Part shown: piece by piece, positions 1 to 11,654 of the stretch
Layout: every line of letters starts with the position of its first letter
Numbering within the stretch: the stretch's first letter is position 1
NCBI GenBank assembly: GCA_964016885.1
Contig: OZ024743.1
Coordinates: forward strand, 64,108,001-64,172,000
Length of the DNA stretch: 64,000 nucleotides
From: Eledone cirrhosa
Taxonomy: Eukaryota
Direction: 5' to 3'
Translations under genes and position numbers: made by a program
The notes under the pieces: generated by a model
Databases searched by the model: none
Seen by the model: the letters and a program-made list of their open reading frames with translations, nothing else
Told to the model about the DNA's origin: nothing

Positions 1-2727
1 CCCCCAACATAGACTGATAATTAGCGACCTCATAGTCAGGACGAGACGTACCCGACAGCAGAAGAGGACTATCCTCAGGAGAAAAATATGGAAGCTAAAG
101 GACCCCACAGCCAGAAATAAATTCCAAAGCATATTACTTGATGCTTTCGACAGTAAGGAAGAGCATTTAGAGTCGGACAATATAGAGGGACAGTGGGAAT
201 TCCTGAAGGCAAACCTGCTGATGGCGGCAGACGAAGTCTGTGGCTGGAGCAGGCCTGTAGGCAGGAGGAGAGTAACATGGTGGTGGAACAGTAAGGTGGA
301 GGGGTCAATTAAGGCCAAAAAGCAGGCTTGGAAAGTATGGCGGGATGGGGGAAATAGAGAAGACTATCAAGTGACCAGGAGGGAAGCTAGGAGACAAGTG
401 TACTTCGCAAGAAGGGAAGCAGAGGAAAGAAAGTTCAAGCATGTTCTACAACGCAAGGAACAAAAACGTGAGGTGTTCAGGATTGCTAGGCAATGTGTCA
501 AGGAAAACCGTGATATTGTCGGGGAGAAGTGTGTACTTAATGATGACGGCGTACTTGCCATCACCGACGCTGATAAGAAGGTAGCTTGGAAGTGTCACTA
601 TGAAAGGCTACTAAATGAGGAGAATAAATGGGAGAAAGACACATCGACCCAATAGAGGGACCAGCAGTGTTAGTCGAGGGTAGTATAATAAGTAAGGCAA
701 TCAAGGATATGAAGATGGGTAAGGCAGCTGGGCCTTCGGAAATAGTTGCTGAGATGCTGAAGGCATCTGGCACGGTGGGACACACCATGGTCACCCGGAT
801 AGTTAACCAAGTCGTACAGAATGGGGTTGTTCCGAAGGACTGGCGTAGCAGCATCATCGTTAACTGTTATAAGGGTAAAGGAGATGCCCTAGATAGGAGT
901 AACTATAGAGGCATTAAATTAATCGACCAGGTCATGAAGGTCATGGAAAAAGTAATAGCGCAACTAATCAGAGAGAGAATTGACCTAGATGAAATGCAGT
1001 TCGGGTTTGTGTCAGGCAAAAGTACCACAGACGCTCTTTTCATTGTACGACAACTACAGGAGAAGTACCTAGCTAAAAGTAAACCCCTATACTTAGCTTT
1101 TGTCGACTTGGAGAAAGCCTTCGACAGAGTCCCCCGTTCCATTATCTGGTGGGCTCTTAGAAAACTAGGTGTCGACGAATGGCTTGTGAGAGCTATACAA
1201 GCCATGTATAAAGAAACAGTCAGCAAGGTTAGAATTAACAACGAATATAGTGAAGAGTTTAGCGTAAAAGTTGGCGTCCATCAGGGCTCTGTTCTCAGCC
1301 CCCTACTATTTATTATTGCCCTTCAGGCTATAACAGAGGAGTTCAAGATCGGCTGCCCATGGGAACTCCTATACGCAGACGACCTAACACTCATAGTTGA
1401 ATCAATGGCCGAGCTAGAGAAGAAATTCCAAACATGGAAGCACGGCCTAGAATCAAAAGGCCTTAAAATTAATCTGGCTAAGACCAAAGTTCTAGTTTGT
1501 AGGAAAGAAAATAAGGCAGCGGTACCTTCCGGAAAGTGGCCATGCTCAGTGTGTAGGAAAGGCGTAGGTAGAAACTCCATTTTGTGTCCCAAATGCAAAG
1601 TATGGGTGCATAAAAGATGTAGTGGGATCACAGGTAAGCTAACTAAGAACATAGATTTCACATGTGGCCGGTGCTCTGGTGCAATAAGTAGCAGCAAGTG
1701 CCCACAAAATACTAGCTCTTTCAACTGCGCAGAGGGCTCTATAGAAATAGTGGACAGCTTCCGTTACCTGGGTGACAAAATCAGCAGTGGGGGAGGGTGC
1801 TCTGAAAGTACAGTAGCTAGAGTCAGAACTGGATGGAAAAAGTTCAGAGAGCTTATACCACTATTAGCCGCTAAAGGGTTCTCCCTAAAAATGAAAGGCA
1901 GGTTGTATGATGCCTGCATACGAACAGCAATGTTGCATGGCAGTGAGACCTGGGCATTGTGTGCAGAGGATATACGCAGACTAGAGAGGAACGAAGCTTG
2001 CATGCTCCGCTGGATGTGTAATAGTAATATACGTGAACGGCAAAGCATAAACGAACTAAGGAAAAAATTAGAAATAAGAGGGATCAGATGTTGTTTACTC
2101 GAGAGAAGGCTACGTTGGTATGGACATGTGATGCGCATGAAAGTCGATAGCTGTATAACAAAGTGCAGGGCAATAAAGATAGACGGTAGCCACGGAATAG
2201 GCAGACCTAGAAAAACCTGGGACGAGCTGATAAACTCCGACCTCACACACTTACACCTCTCCAAGACAATGTCACTGGACCGAGACCTTTGGCGGTACTC
2301 AGTAATAGAGTAGACCCGCCTTACCTAAATACATAGTAAAACCTACTACAGTCAGTAGGCATCTCTAACAAAATACACCCCCACCCCCCACCCCCACCAC
2401 CCCATCCACACCGCCCCCTTCTATGTAAAGTTGTGTTGGTGCCACACCATCCAGGCCGAAACAAATGAGATCATGTAGGTGTCACAACAAAAAAACACAC
2501 AGTCCACGCTGTAATGTGGCCATCTAGGCAACACGGTAAAAACCTCCCAGACCCACACTGTAAATGTGGTTGGTGTTAGGAAGGGCATCCAACTGTAGAA
2601 AACCTGCCAGACAGTCCTATGCGAGCAAGACAATCACTCTTGCCTCAAGTGGGAAAACCCCCGTCCAAACCCATGCAAGCGTGGAACACGGACGTTAAAC
2701 GTTGATGATGATGATGATGATGATGAT
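1..2727 (+). mobile_element. RTE-clade non-LTR retrotransposon (family A), 5' end outside window, frameshifted; RT + PHD-like finger + 3' UTR with (GAT)n tail
   Basis: ORFs 221-655 and 628-2313 contain RT motifs ([71 protein letters not shown]). The 3' UTR ends in GGACGTTAAACG(TTG)ATGATGATG. Near-identical copies at 48262 and 52460. Confidence 0.93.
628..2313 (+). CDS. RTE ORF2 fragment: reverse transcriptase with internal C4HC3 PHD-like finger
   Basis: 561-aa open frame with YADD. CSVC-x9-CPKC-x4-H-x2-C...CGRC (1543-1674) lies between the KTKV and YLG motifs. Joined to the upstream ORF by a frameshift near 640. Confidence 0.88.
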   Translation: MGERHIDPIEGPAVLVEGSIISKAIKDMKMGKAAGPSEIVAEMLKASGTVGHTMVTRIVNQVVQNGVVPKDWRSSIIVNCYKGKGDALDRSNYRGIKLIDQVMKVMEKVIAQLIRERIDLDEMQFGFVSGKSTTDALFIVRQLQEKYLAKSKPLYLAFVDLEKAFDRVPRSIIWWALRKLGVDEWLVRAIQAMYKETVSKVRINNEYSEEFSVKVGVHQGSVLSPLLFIIALQAITEEFKIGCPWELLYADDLTLIVESMAELEKKFQTWKHGLESKGLKINLAKTKVLVCRKENKAAVPSGKWPCSVCRKGVGRNSILCPKCKVWVHKRCSGITGKLTKNIDFTCGRCSGAISSSKCPQNTSSFNCAEGSIEIVDSFRYLGDKISSGGGCSESTVARVRTGWKKFRELIPLLAAKGFSLKMKGRLYDACIRTAMLHGSETWALCAEDIRRLERNEACMLRWMCNSNIRERQSINELRKKLEIRGIRCCLLERRLRWYGHVMRMKVDSCITKCRAIKIDGSHGIGRPRKTWDELINSDLTHLHLSKTMSLDRDLWRYSVIE

Positions 2728-2805
2728 ATATATATATATATATATATATACATACACACATATATATATATATATATATACATATAAATATATATATATA
2801 TACAT

Positions 2806-2837
<32 letters not shown>

Positions 2838-2839
<2 letters not shown>

Positions 2840-3442
2840 GGTGGCTGCCAACTCGTTTTCGAGTACGGCCACTACGTTATATCCATGTAGGAGAACCCTA
2901 CCAATGCGCTGAACGAGTGTGACTTTTTAGTCCAGCCAGCGACTTGAAAACTCTGGTACAAACACTACACTTGTGACAATTATTGACACATAGTGCTGGG
3001 CCCATGGTACCATGTGACGACAAGTGCAGAGAGGTCTCCAGATATAAAGCAATGCCTGTGCCGTGAAGCTTTTATAGTGAGCAAAGGTACTGCACAAAGC
3101 CAGTCCCACTCTCTTAACCAAGATAATATTTACCAAAAAGAAGAACAAGTCAACATCATTGGATACCATCAGGGTTGCAGGTGTTATATCAGAGTTTTCC
3201 TTCTCCTAGAATTCTGTCTTGACAAAGGCTAAGGGGTCATCTCTCCCGGTGATTTTGGATGGCCATTGACTCTAAAGAGCTCCTTTGCCCTTTGACAGGT
3301 TTTGTTTTTAGTCCTGCAGGATGTCCAAAGTCACCCTCCTCACCAAGAAACCTTGGTGGGGTTGCCAGTTTAGTCGCCAACGACCCGACCATGGGACAGG
3401 TTGTACTGGGATACATGTTACCAGTATCACCAACTGGTGACC
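2838..3442 (-). mobile_element. ~605-bp non-autonomous bipartite RTE-derived element (copy 1)
   Basis: Reverse complement of 40746-41350 and 41390-41995. The 3' part encodes a C2H2 remnant CSVCTRVFKSLAGLKSHTRSAHW*. Flanked by (TA)n. Confidence 0.75.
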
Positions 3443-4387
3443 TATATACATACACACACACATATTTATATATATATACATACACACACACATATTTGTA
3501 TATATACATATCTTTTCCCATCTATGCACCCTCCTCTATCACTCCTTAGTAGCTAAGGTACTGATCCAGTGGTCAGTACCCTCCATCCACACAACACATT
3601 ATAAAAGTCACCCCTTGTCATATACTTATCCCTGTGTCCAATGCCACCACACTTGTCATACACCCATAGCATTATACTTTTCTTCTTTCTCATCTTCCTG
3701 TCGAGTAGAGAGGGCTCGTCTGTTGAGACAATGCCTGATAACCTCTCTAATGCAGGTGGCACAAAAACTACACCCATTACACTCTGAAAGGTGGTCAGCA
3801 ATAGGAAGGGCACCTAGCTGTAGAAACCATGAAAAAGAATGTAAAGAGAACTCTTAGTTGTGTCAATGGCATGATAACCTCTCCAGTGTTTGTGATTTAG
3901 ATGATAAATGCATCCCTACAAAGTAGTCAGTGATAGGAAGGGCATCCAGCCATTGAACACCTTCCAAACAAAGGGTCAAGAGGACTTATCAACTGTGTTG
4001 AAAACATAACAACCTCCCTGGTACTGGTGCTTCAATAAAATGTTCTTGGTAGAATGTGGGGTCATGTGTAAGCAAGATGCAGAACTCTTCTCATCTATGA
4101 AGTAAGAGAGCCATTTGAGTGTTGACACTGTCTGTGAGGATCCATCCAGCCCTTGATAGCAGGGAAACAGATGTTAAATGATGATGTTGTTGGGGATATG
4201 CATGTGTGTGTGTGTGTGTAAAAAGTAAACAGATATAACAAAGCAAATGACACAGGAAAAAAAGTCTTAACATTTCGGACACTAGTCCTTCATCTAAAAA
4301 TGGAATCAGAAATAAAAGATATAATAGAAAGATAAAGAGTAAGAAGAGGAAGGAACGAGAAAAAAATGAGATAAAAACACACGTGCA

Positions 4388-4425
<38 letters not shown>

Positions 4426-5249
4426 TTTGTGAGACAGAAAATATTTAGATAAAGATAAACACTGGGAAACAATCAATTTTGTATCATAGAATTAGGAGTG
4501 GTTTCAGGTGGTTTGATATGGACAGGAAGACATTAGATAACATTGTTTATTTATGTCCAGTAACCTTTGTATCATAGAACCAGGGGCAGTTACAAGGGGT
4601 TTGGTATTAAAAAGCTGAATAATCCCTAATACAATTTTTATTATTCACAGTTGTATAAATAACATTACAAATTGTTTATAATTCTTACAGAATGAAAAAT
4701 ATAAACACATATAATAAATACAATTAATTATTGCTAGGAACCTCACATATTGTACAAAAATATATGATCAAAGCGATAGAAAAGCAAACAAACAAAAACA
4801 ATCACCATTTCACCACCAAGTGCGACAATCGGCCATACACCACAAGGTTCAACAAAAAATTTGAGGGGAAGCCAACATGCTTACAGCATTACCACGGATG
4901 ATGGCGAGGCTAAGGTGTTGAAACAACCAGGCACCCTCTCTAATATATTTCGTCTAACATATCCACTACCATAGGAAAATATTAATGAATAGTTTTATAT
5001 TTCTATTGTGCTTGAGTTTATTTCAGAGCTGAGAGTTGAGACTTCAAGCACCAAATGTGTAAGATGTGCGTGGGAAGAACTAGGACATAAAATATAAAAT
5101 AAGAATGTAAGAAAGCAGAATTACTCATCATATTCCCAAAGAATTCAAAGAATATAATTGATATACCCGAAAAAAAAAATATATGAGCAGCTGTTTTGAA
5201 ATCCGCCTGAAACCACCCCTAGTTCTAGAATACAAAACTGTTTATTTTA

Positions 5250-5640
5250 AAATATTTATATTTATTTAAATATTTCCCATCAAAATTTCCATCATAACTT
5301 AACAAAGGGTAAAACCCTTTGTTAAGTTATATTCCAAACACCAACCTAATAATGAGAAAGTTATTTATATTATTAAATCCTTCCAAATTCGTTTATTTTT
5401 TTAATTATTTGAAAATCATAAGTAGTGTTTTTCATTAGAAATATGGTAAACAAAAGGGTTAAAGTGTTTATATTTATCTAAAAATCTTCCATCCTAATTT
5501 CAAGTAAAACATTTTGTTAAGTTATGTTCCAAATACCATCTTAATAATGAGAAAGTTAGTTATATTATTAAATTCTTCCAAATTCTTGATTATTTTCAAA
5601 ATTATGTCTGTTATGAGGAATGTGGTAATGAAAGTGTTAA
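5250..5640. repeat. Two diverged ~195-bp tandem units of a DNA-transposon-like repeat ending in AAAGGGTTAA
   Basis: GTTAAGTTAT(A/G)TTCCAAA recurs at 5321 and 5516. Related copies near 52140-52360 (+) and 56290-56420 (-). Confidence 0.55.
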
Positions 5641-5840
5641 CCCCTTAGCATTTACATTGCTCTATATTTACTATTGTATTTTCATGGTAATCTCCCATTA
5701 TATTGAATCTATGAGATTTTGATATTATTTATTTTGAGAACAATACCTTAATGTCAGTATGAGTGGCTAGTTACATCCAGTTTAAACAGAAAGAGATGAG
5801 AGAACTCTGGCCGGGTATGGCCGGTTTAAATCCTAAAGGA
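5641..5840. mobile_element. piggyBac-like MITE with TTAA target-site duplication
   Basis: TTAA|CCCCTTAGCATTTA ... TAAATCCTAAAGGA|TTAA: imperfect 14-bp TIRs bounded by TTAA. Confidence 0.55.
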
Positions 5841-5899
5841 TTAAAGTGTTTAAATTGTCACCACGGTAACAACAGTTGCTTCATGCCATAGATACATAA

Positions 5900-6135
5900 A
5901 TTCTTTGAGAAGTTCAAATTATCAAGGTTTGCTCCCTTCTGAAGCCTCTTTGAGGTCTTGGGATACACAATCTTTGTGAATCCATCCCATGCCTCCCAGG
6001 ACAAGTCACAGGCCCATTGCCAGTTTTTACTGCATGAAATGGTGACTGCAATATATTTTTCAAACAGGCCCCTTTACCTAAGGCCTGAATATGTCCCTTA
6101 TTAACTGGCATGAAGGATGATGTGGTATGATTCTT
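5900..6135. repeat. Unclassified dispersed repeat (second copy about 51540-51770)
   Basis: Shared CCCATGCCTCC..GGACA..TCACAGGCCC..TGCCAGTTTT and AACAGGCCCCT.TACCTAAGGCCTGAA. Confidence 0.6.
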
Positions 6136-6149
6136 TATCTTACCATGTA

Positions 6150-6862
6150 TATAAAAAACAACCAGGGACCATTGATCATATAATTTCAATGTGCAGTCCT
6201 ATAGCTCCAACCGAATACCTAAACAGGCACGACAGAGTTGCACAATACATACATTGGATAATGTGTAAGCATTTTGACCTGCCCCATCAAAAGAATTGGT
6301 GGGAGCATCAACTACCTCCCATACTTGAAAAAGATCACATCTCAATCTTGTGGAACTTTAGCATCCAAACAGACCAAAAAATAGATGCAAATAGACCTGA
6401 TATAATACTGAAGGACTTTAAAAAGAGGGTATGCCTGCTAATTGATATGTCCGTTCCAATAGACAAGAATGTATCTATAAAAACATTTGAAAAATTGAGC
6501 AAGTATAAGGACCTGGAGATAGAAATTGGAAAAATGTGGAAATTGAGAACTAAAACAATACCAGTGGTTGTAGGTGCTTTAGGAATGATACCTAAGGGGT
6601 CTAATGATTACTTATCGCAAATCCCAGGAAACCCGCGTATAGGAGAAATACAAAAGATAGTACTAATGGGAACTGCCCATATACTAAAGAAGATTCTGTC
6701 AATATACAAGTCTAAACACCTAAAGATGCGTGTGTGTGTATGTATGTTCTTTCTTGAACATGGCGGACCTTGTTGTCTCTTGAGGTCACTGGTTGTGACT
6801 TGGTGATAACTCGTATGAACATAAAGCAAGATAAATGCAACTGTAATAATAATAATAATAAT
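6150..6862 (+). mobile_element. R4/Dong-like non-LTR retrotransposon 3' fragment (restriction-like endonuclease) with (TAA)n tail
   Basis: ORF 6117-6806: TIDHIISMC..YLNRHDRVA..W..RPDIIL..LIDMSVP..EKLSKYKDL..IPVVVGALG (CCHC remnant, RHD, PD-D RLE motifs). (TAA)6 at 6844. Confidence 0.8.
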
Positions 6863-6864
6863 GA

Positions 6865-7410
6865 AATTATTGTGTACAGTGCTCAGGTGTACTACAACTC
6901 ATCAAAGGTGCATGTATAGTACATAGAATAATATACAAATGTCAGGGAAGTGAATAGTGTATGAGTCATGGTATACATGTGTGTGTGTGTATGGAGGGGG
7001 AATATGCTTCAGCAACTCTGAGCATGATAAAATGTTTCCGAAGTCATGGGAACTGTGCTGTTTTCTGACTTTGTGGGCATGCCCACGTGTGTTAGACACA
7101 TGGAAATCAAAAAGGTGCTCAGGGCTGTTGTTGGTGAGATGGTTAATAATGTTGTGGGTGTTTACCAAGTCAGTTGCCAGACGTCGAAGCTTCAATGTAT
7201 CCATGCCCAGGGAAGCAAGGCATTCAGAGTATGGTAGATGCCTGATGGAGGGTATTCGCTCAGTTGCACGTCCCTGAACAGTTGTCAGGTGGTCAATGTT
7301 CTGAGCAAGATAGGGGTTCCAGATTAGTGATGCAAATTCTAAGTGTGGCCGCACCATAGCTATATACAGCTTTAAATAGATAGCTGGAGAGCGGCTGACA
7401 AAGGTCTTAT
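6865..7410 (-). mobile_element. CR1/L2-group LINE 3' fragment
   Basis: LKLYIAMVRPHLEFASLIWNPY..VQGRATERIP..LRRLATDL..TRGH C-terminal motifs. A short related fragment lies at 31530-31720. Confidence 0.82.
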
Positions 7411-7739
7411 TCTTGCCAGTCACCAATCTGGTACTTTCATTGAGAAGTTGATGAAATATTCTGGCTCTCTTATACTTAATTTAACAATTTCCTTACCATA
7501 ACTATGATTTTTAAAATATTTTTGAAATTTACTGCTCCCCGCTATGTAGGTTCAGCTGGCTTCTTACAAGATTGTATTTAATTGTTTTACAACCCACCTG
7601 AGGCAACATCTATATTTCTACAATAACAAACTGTGTTCTAAAATGGTTATCATCATCATCATCGTCGTCATTGTCGTCATCTTCTTTTTATTTTTCTTCT
7701 TTGTCTTCTTCTTCTTCATCCTCGTCACCACCACCACCC

Positions 7740-7771
<32 letters not shown>

Positions 7772-7934
7772 TCGACTTTTCTATACTGGCATTAGTTGGT
7801 TGTGATTTTTTTAAGGCAATGTTTTACAGTCAGATGCCTTTCCTGACATTAACCCTTTTGGTCACTTCTCACAAGAGGCAAGGATAGAGTGTACTTCTTT
7901 TTGACCAGATACACACACACACACACACACATAT

Positions 7935-8170
7935 ATTATCATCATCATCATCATTGTTTAATGTCCACTCTCCTTGCTAGCAAGAGTTGGATGGGTCTAC
8001 ATAGTTCAAGTCAGTACTTCAGTACTGAAGCAGGGTTACTAACCTCCCAGAAAGGCTAGGGAGAGTGGGGTCTGCATCTAATGTATGGTCTTATGTTCTA
8101 TCAAGTGTACAGGGGAAGCTGTCATGTTTTTGACACAACTGAAGTGTCCTCCCAACCCTTTGTTTGGCAG
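7935..8170 (-). mobile_element. Non-autonomous element with RTE-type 3' tail
   Basis: (CAT)n followed by TCCTTGCTAGCAAGAGTTGGA...CAGTACTGAAGCAGGG. Second copy about 31990-32310. Confidence 0.55.
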
Positions 8171-8589
8171 GCTATATACTGTATATATATCATTTATTGT
8201 TGTTACCTTCGTTCTGTTCTCTCTATCTCGCTTCTTGTTATTCCGGTCTTGGACTTATGACTTCAACTTTTTTCCTTCCTCCTTTCTCCCTCTTTCTTTC
8301 TCTCCCTTTCTCTCTCTCCCCCACTCACTTATTCCCCCCCTCTCTCTCTCTCTCTCTCCCACCATCTATCCCCTTTCCTCCTCTCTCTCTACTCCCTTAC
8401 CACTTCCCCCCACTCTTCCCACTTTTATTTTCCTTCCTTTCTCCCTTTTTGTGCCTGTTCTCACTAATATCAGCCATGTTTCTCTCCTACTCTCCACTCT
8501 CTCTCATGTTGTTAATAAGGTCTCAGGGTTTACACCCGGTCTCCTTTTTAACTTTTTCCTCTTTCTCATCAGTTACTTCTACTTGCATG

Positions 8590-8885
8590 TACTATTGTCT
8601 CGTATTCCCTCCTCTCTATCGGTATGTTTCTGTTTTTTTCTTTTGTTTATTTTCTTTTTCTGTCGTTCTCTTCATTATCATCTCTGTGTTTTTTTTGTTG
8701 TGTCCTTCCCTAATAACTACCTCTAGTTATTAACACTCTGTGGATAGATGTATTGTCTTTAATGCGTCGAAACATCAGGGACCCACGGCAGACAACTGAA
8801 GAGATGAATTGTCTTATGTTTATGTTTATCTTACATTTCTAAACAATATTTATTAGTAACCACACAGCATCCTGTCCCTTTTAAT
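8590..8885. repeat. Dispersed repeat (second copy about 18975-19272)
   Basis: Shared TTTTTCTGTCGTTCTCTTC, CCTTCCCTAATAACTA and TTTCTAAACAATATTTATTAGTAACCACACAGCA. Confidence 0.65.
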
Positions 8886-8898
8886 TCATATATATATA

Positions 8899-9235
8899 TG
8901 GAGGCACATGGCTTAGTGGTTAGAGCATTGGCCTTGCAATCGAAAAGTTGTGAGTTCAATTCTCAGACCGGGTGATGTGTTGTTTCCTTGAGCAAGACAC
9001 TTCATTGCTCCAGTTTACTCAGCTGTAGAAATAAGATGATAGGGACTGCAGTCCCTATCATTCCACTGCAAAGTGGTTGTGGAGGTGCCACGGCAGAAAA
9101 GCACCCAGCACTCACTGTAAATGAGGTTGGTGTTAGGAAGGGTATCCAGCTGTAGAAATCAAGCCAGAATCAATTCCTGTCCCACCCTTGCAAGCAGGGA
9201 AAAGCAGACGTAAAGTGATGATGATGATGATGATG
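8899..9235 (+). mobile_element. tRNA-derived SINE with CORE-like central domain and RTE-derived 3' tail
   Basis: A-box TGGCTTAGTGG, B-box GTTCAATTC, CORE-like CCTTGAGCAAGACACTT..CAGTTTACTCAGCTGTAGAAAT. The tail CCCACCCTTGCAAGCAGGGAAAAGCAGACGTAAA(GAT)n matches the RTE family B end at 37403-37452. Confidence 0.85.
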
Positions 9236-9373
9236 ACGATGAAGGACTGTGACAAGTGGAGAGAGGCAGGGAAAAGCGGACGTAAAATGATTATGATGAT
9301 GATATATATATATATATATATATATATCACATGAGAAACGGAGAATCAGTGGTGCGACGAATAAGATTTATTG

Positions 9374-9468
9374 GACATATTACAATCGTTTCTCTGGTGA
9401 CCAGCTCGAAGCATGATCAATGCAATGATCAAACCGGACTCTGAAATCGCAAGATCCTCAAATATGTC
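9374..9468 (-). ncRNA. Type I hammerhead-like motif (U3 core variant, long stem II)
   Basis: Minus strand: GACATAT-TTGAGGA-TCT...AGA-GAAA-CGATTG-TA^ATATGTC with a perfect 7-bp helix I. Related in sequence to the 11998-12319 element. Confidence 0.6.
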
Positions 9469-10088
9469 TCGATTCTACGAAGCAGAGTTTCCAAATGTCC
9501 AGTTACACCCGCGGCCTTCACTCGGCAGCTTAGATCCTGTTGTTTTCATTCTATGAGTGGTTAAGAATTGTACACATCACCGATATTTTACCGATGACGT
9601 GTACAATTCTTGACCACTCTATACTATATATATATATACATTTGTGGTTGATGGCAGAGAGAACAGCATGCTCAATACCAAAGTAGAGTTTTAACATTCA
9701 CCACGCTGAATTTTTTTATGAATTGCTTCCCTTGACACTGCATTATGTATTAAAGGGAGATTACTCTATTATTGCAATTTGTCAACCGCAACATGTTAAA
9801 GGTTAATATTCATTTTATTAAGGCTAAAAAGTGAGTCTTGTTACTCTGGAGTTTCACCTGTTTATCACAGGATCAGACAAGAACAGGAGATTATTAAAAG
9901 TTGCTAAGATAACTTCCTTTCGTCCTCATTCTTTTATTTCAGTTTACTGTGTTCTTTTTTTCTTTTACTTTCTTATTACCTTGGTATTTTTACCACACAC
10001 TCATTGTCAGGCTTCCAAATAATCAAACATATTTCGTATTTGTATTTGTATCTCATATTTCACAATGCTTCAAGCAAACTACTAATCC

Positions 10089-10137
<49 letters not shown>

Positions 10138-10919
10138 GTTTACGAAAGTCACTAATGTTATTTCAGTGATCTCCGTCCATGACCTTCTCACTCAATGAGA
10201 CAATAAGCTTGCAGTTGTGAAACTGCATCTTGATGTTCAGAGTTCACACCTAATAGTTATTTAGTGAGTACAGTGGCAGTGTTTTGGTAAACATACGCCA
10301 TGTATCTAACTCCTGGACGGATTCCATTTCTATGCAATATTCAGCCTATAACACTTATTAATACTGCAGTATGCAAAAATTGCACAGTATCAGCAGATAT
10401 GTATGTGTACATGTAATTGTGTATGCATATATATATATGAATGTATGTGTGTATGTGTATATGTGTATATGTATTTATGAATGTGTGTGTGTATGTGTAT
10501 ATGTATGTATGTGAGTATGTGTATATGTATATGCGCATGTATGTATGTATGAATGTATATGTATGTATATATGTATATCTGTATATATGTATGTATGTAT
10601 GTATGTATGAATGTATGTGTATATGTGTGTATTTATGTATGTGATGTGTATATATATGTATGTATGTATGCATGTATGAATGTATGTGTATGTATATATG
10701 TATGTATGTTCCTGATTTGTTCAGTATATAGTCACTCCATCAGTAAAAATTTGTTATAAATACTTGCATTAATGAATGTTATTTATTAGTAATAAGATAA
10801 GACTAAAAAAAATGTGTTTTCATGAGAAAAAGTATGAAACTATTCAGTACTGTCATAACATCACTACCCCAATGATACGGGCCTGGATGATGTGGCAGGG
10901 GGGGGGGGGGGGTCTGGTG

Positions 10920-11215
10920 TGTGGGAGCCCATGAGCAAGTTGTCTCATGGTCCCATTAGATAGAATAGAGAAAACGTTGCCCTGAATGATGGCAAGGAGA
11001 CACTTTGAAATAGACCTTCAAACTCACAGGGCTTGCTCCTGTGGGTGGCCACTTCTTCCCTGATAGTAGTGTGTAGGGATGAAGTCAGGGGGCTAAGAAC
11101 ACTAAAAGTCCCCACTGCTACAGGTTCGATGATCCATTGGAGAGTGACCAATACTTTAACAGCTGGGTTTCTTGCTCCATATACCAGGTTGCCACAGGTA
11201 AAGGTGTCATTGCAT
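10920..11215 (-). mobile_element. CRE-like non-LTR retrotransposon 3' fragment (degenerate)
   Basis: Translates to ..IEPVAVGTFSVL..LFQSVSL. Homologous to 28790-29105, 30560-30770 and 55880-56165. Confidence 0.6.
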
Positions 11216-11284
11216 ATAGCAGCCCATGTATATATATATGGATAGATAAATATACATGGGTGTGTATGATTGTGTAAAGAAGAT

Positions 11285-11654
11285 TATATTAATAAAAGGA
11301 ATTCCAACTTTGTCTGATTTACTCGTTTTATTTACAATCCTTTAAAATTTATAATGGTATTAGAATGAAATAGTATGGTAGAATATTAAATGTTAAGTGT
11401 TAATTGAACAAGTACTTTCATGCTTTCGCAATCTTCAGGTTCATAATGTGTGGTGACAGTCAAGTTTGCAATTTTCAGCAAACTTGACTGTCACCACACA
11501 TTATGAACCTGAAGATTGCGAAAGAATGAAAGTACATGTTCAATTAACACTTAACATTTAATATTCTACCATACTATTTCATTCTAATACCATTATAAAT
11601 TTTAAAGGATTGTAAATAAAACGAGTAAATCAGACAAAGTTGGAATTCCTTTTA

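Noticed and set aside
8899-8970. tRNA-like sequence with A and B boxes
   Set aside because: It is the head of a multi-copy SINE and lacks a proper acceptor stem.
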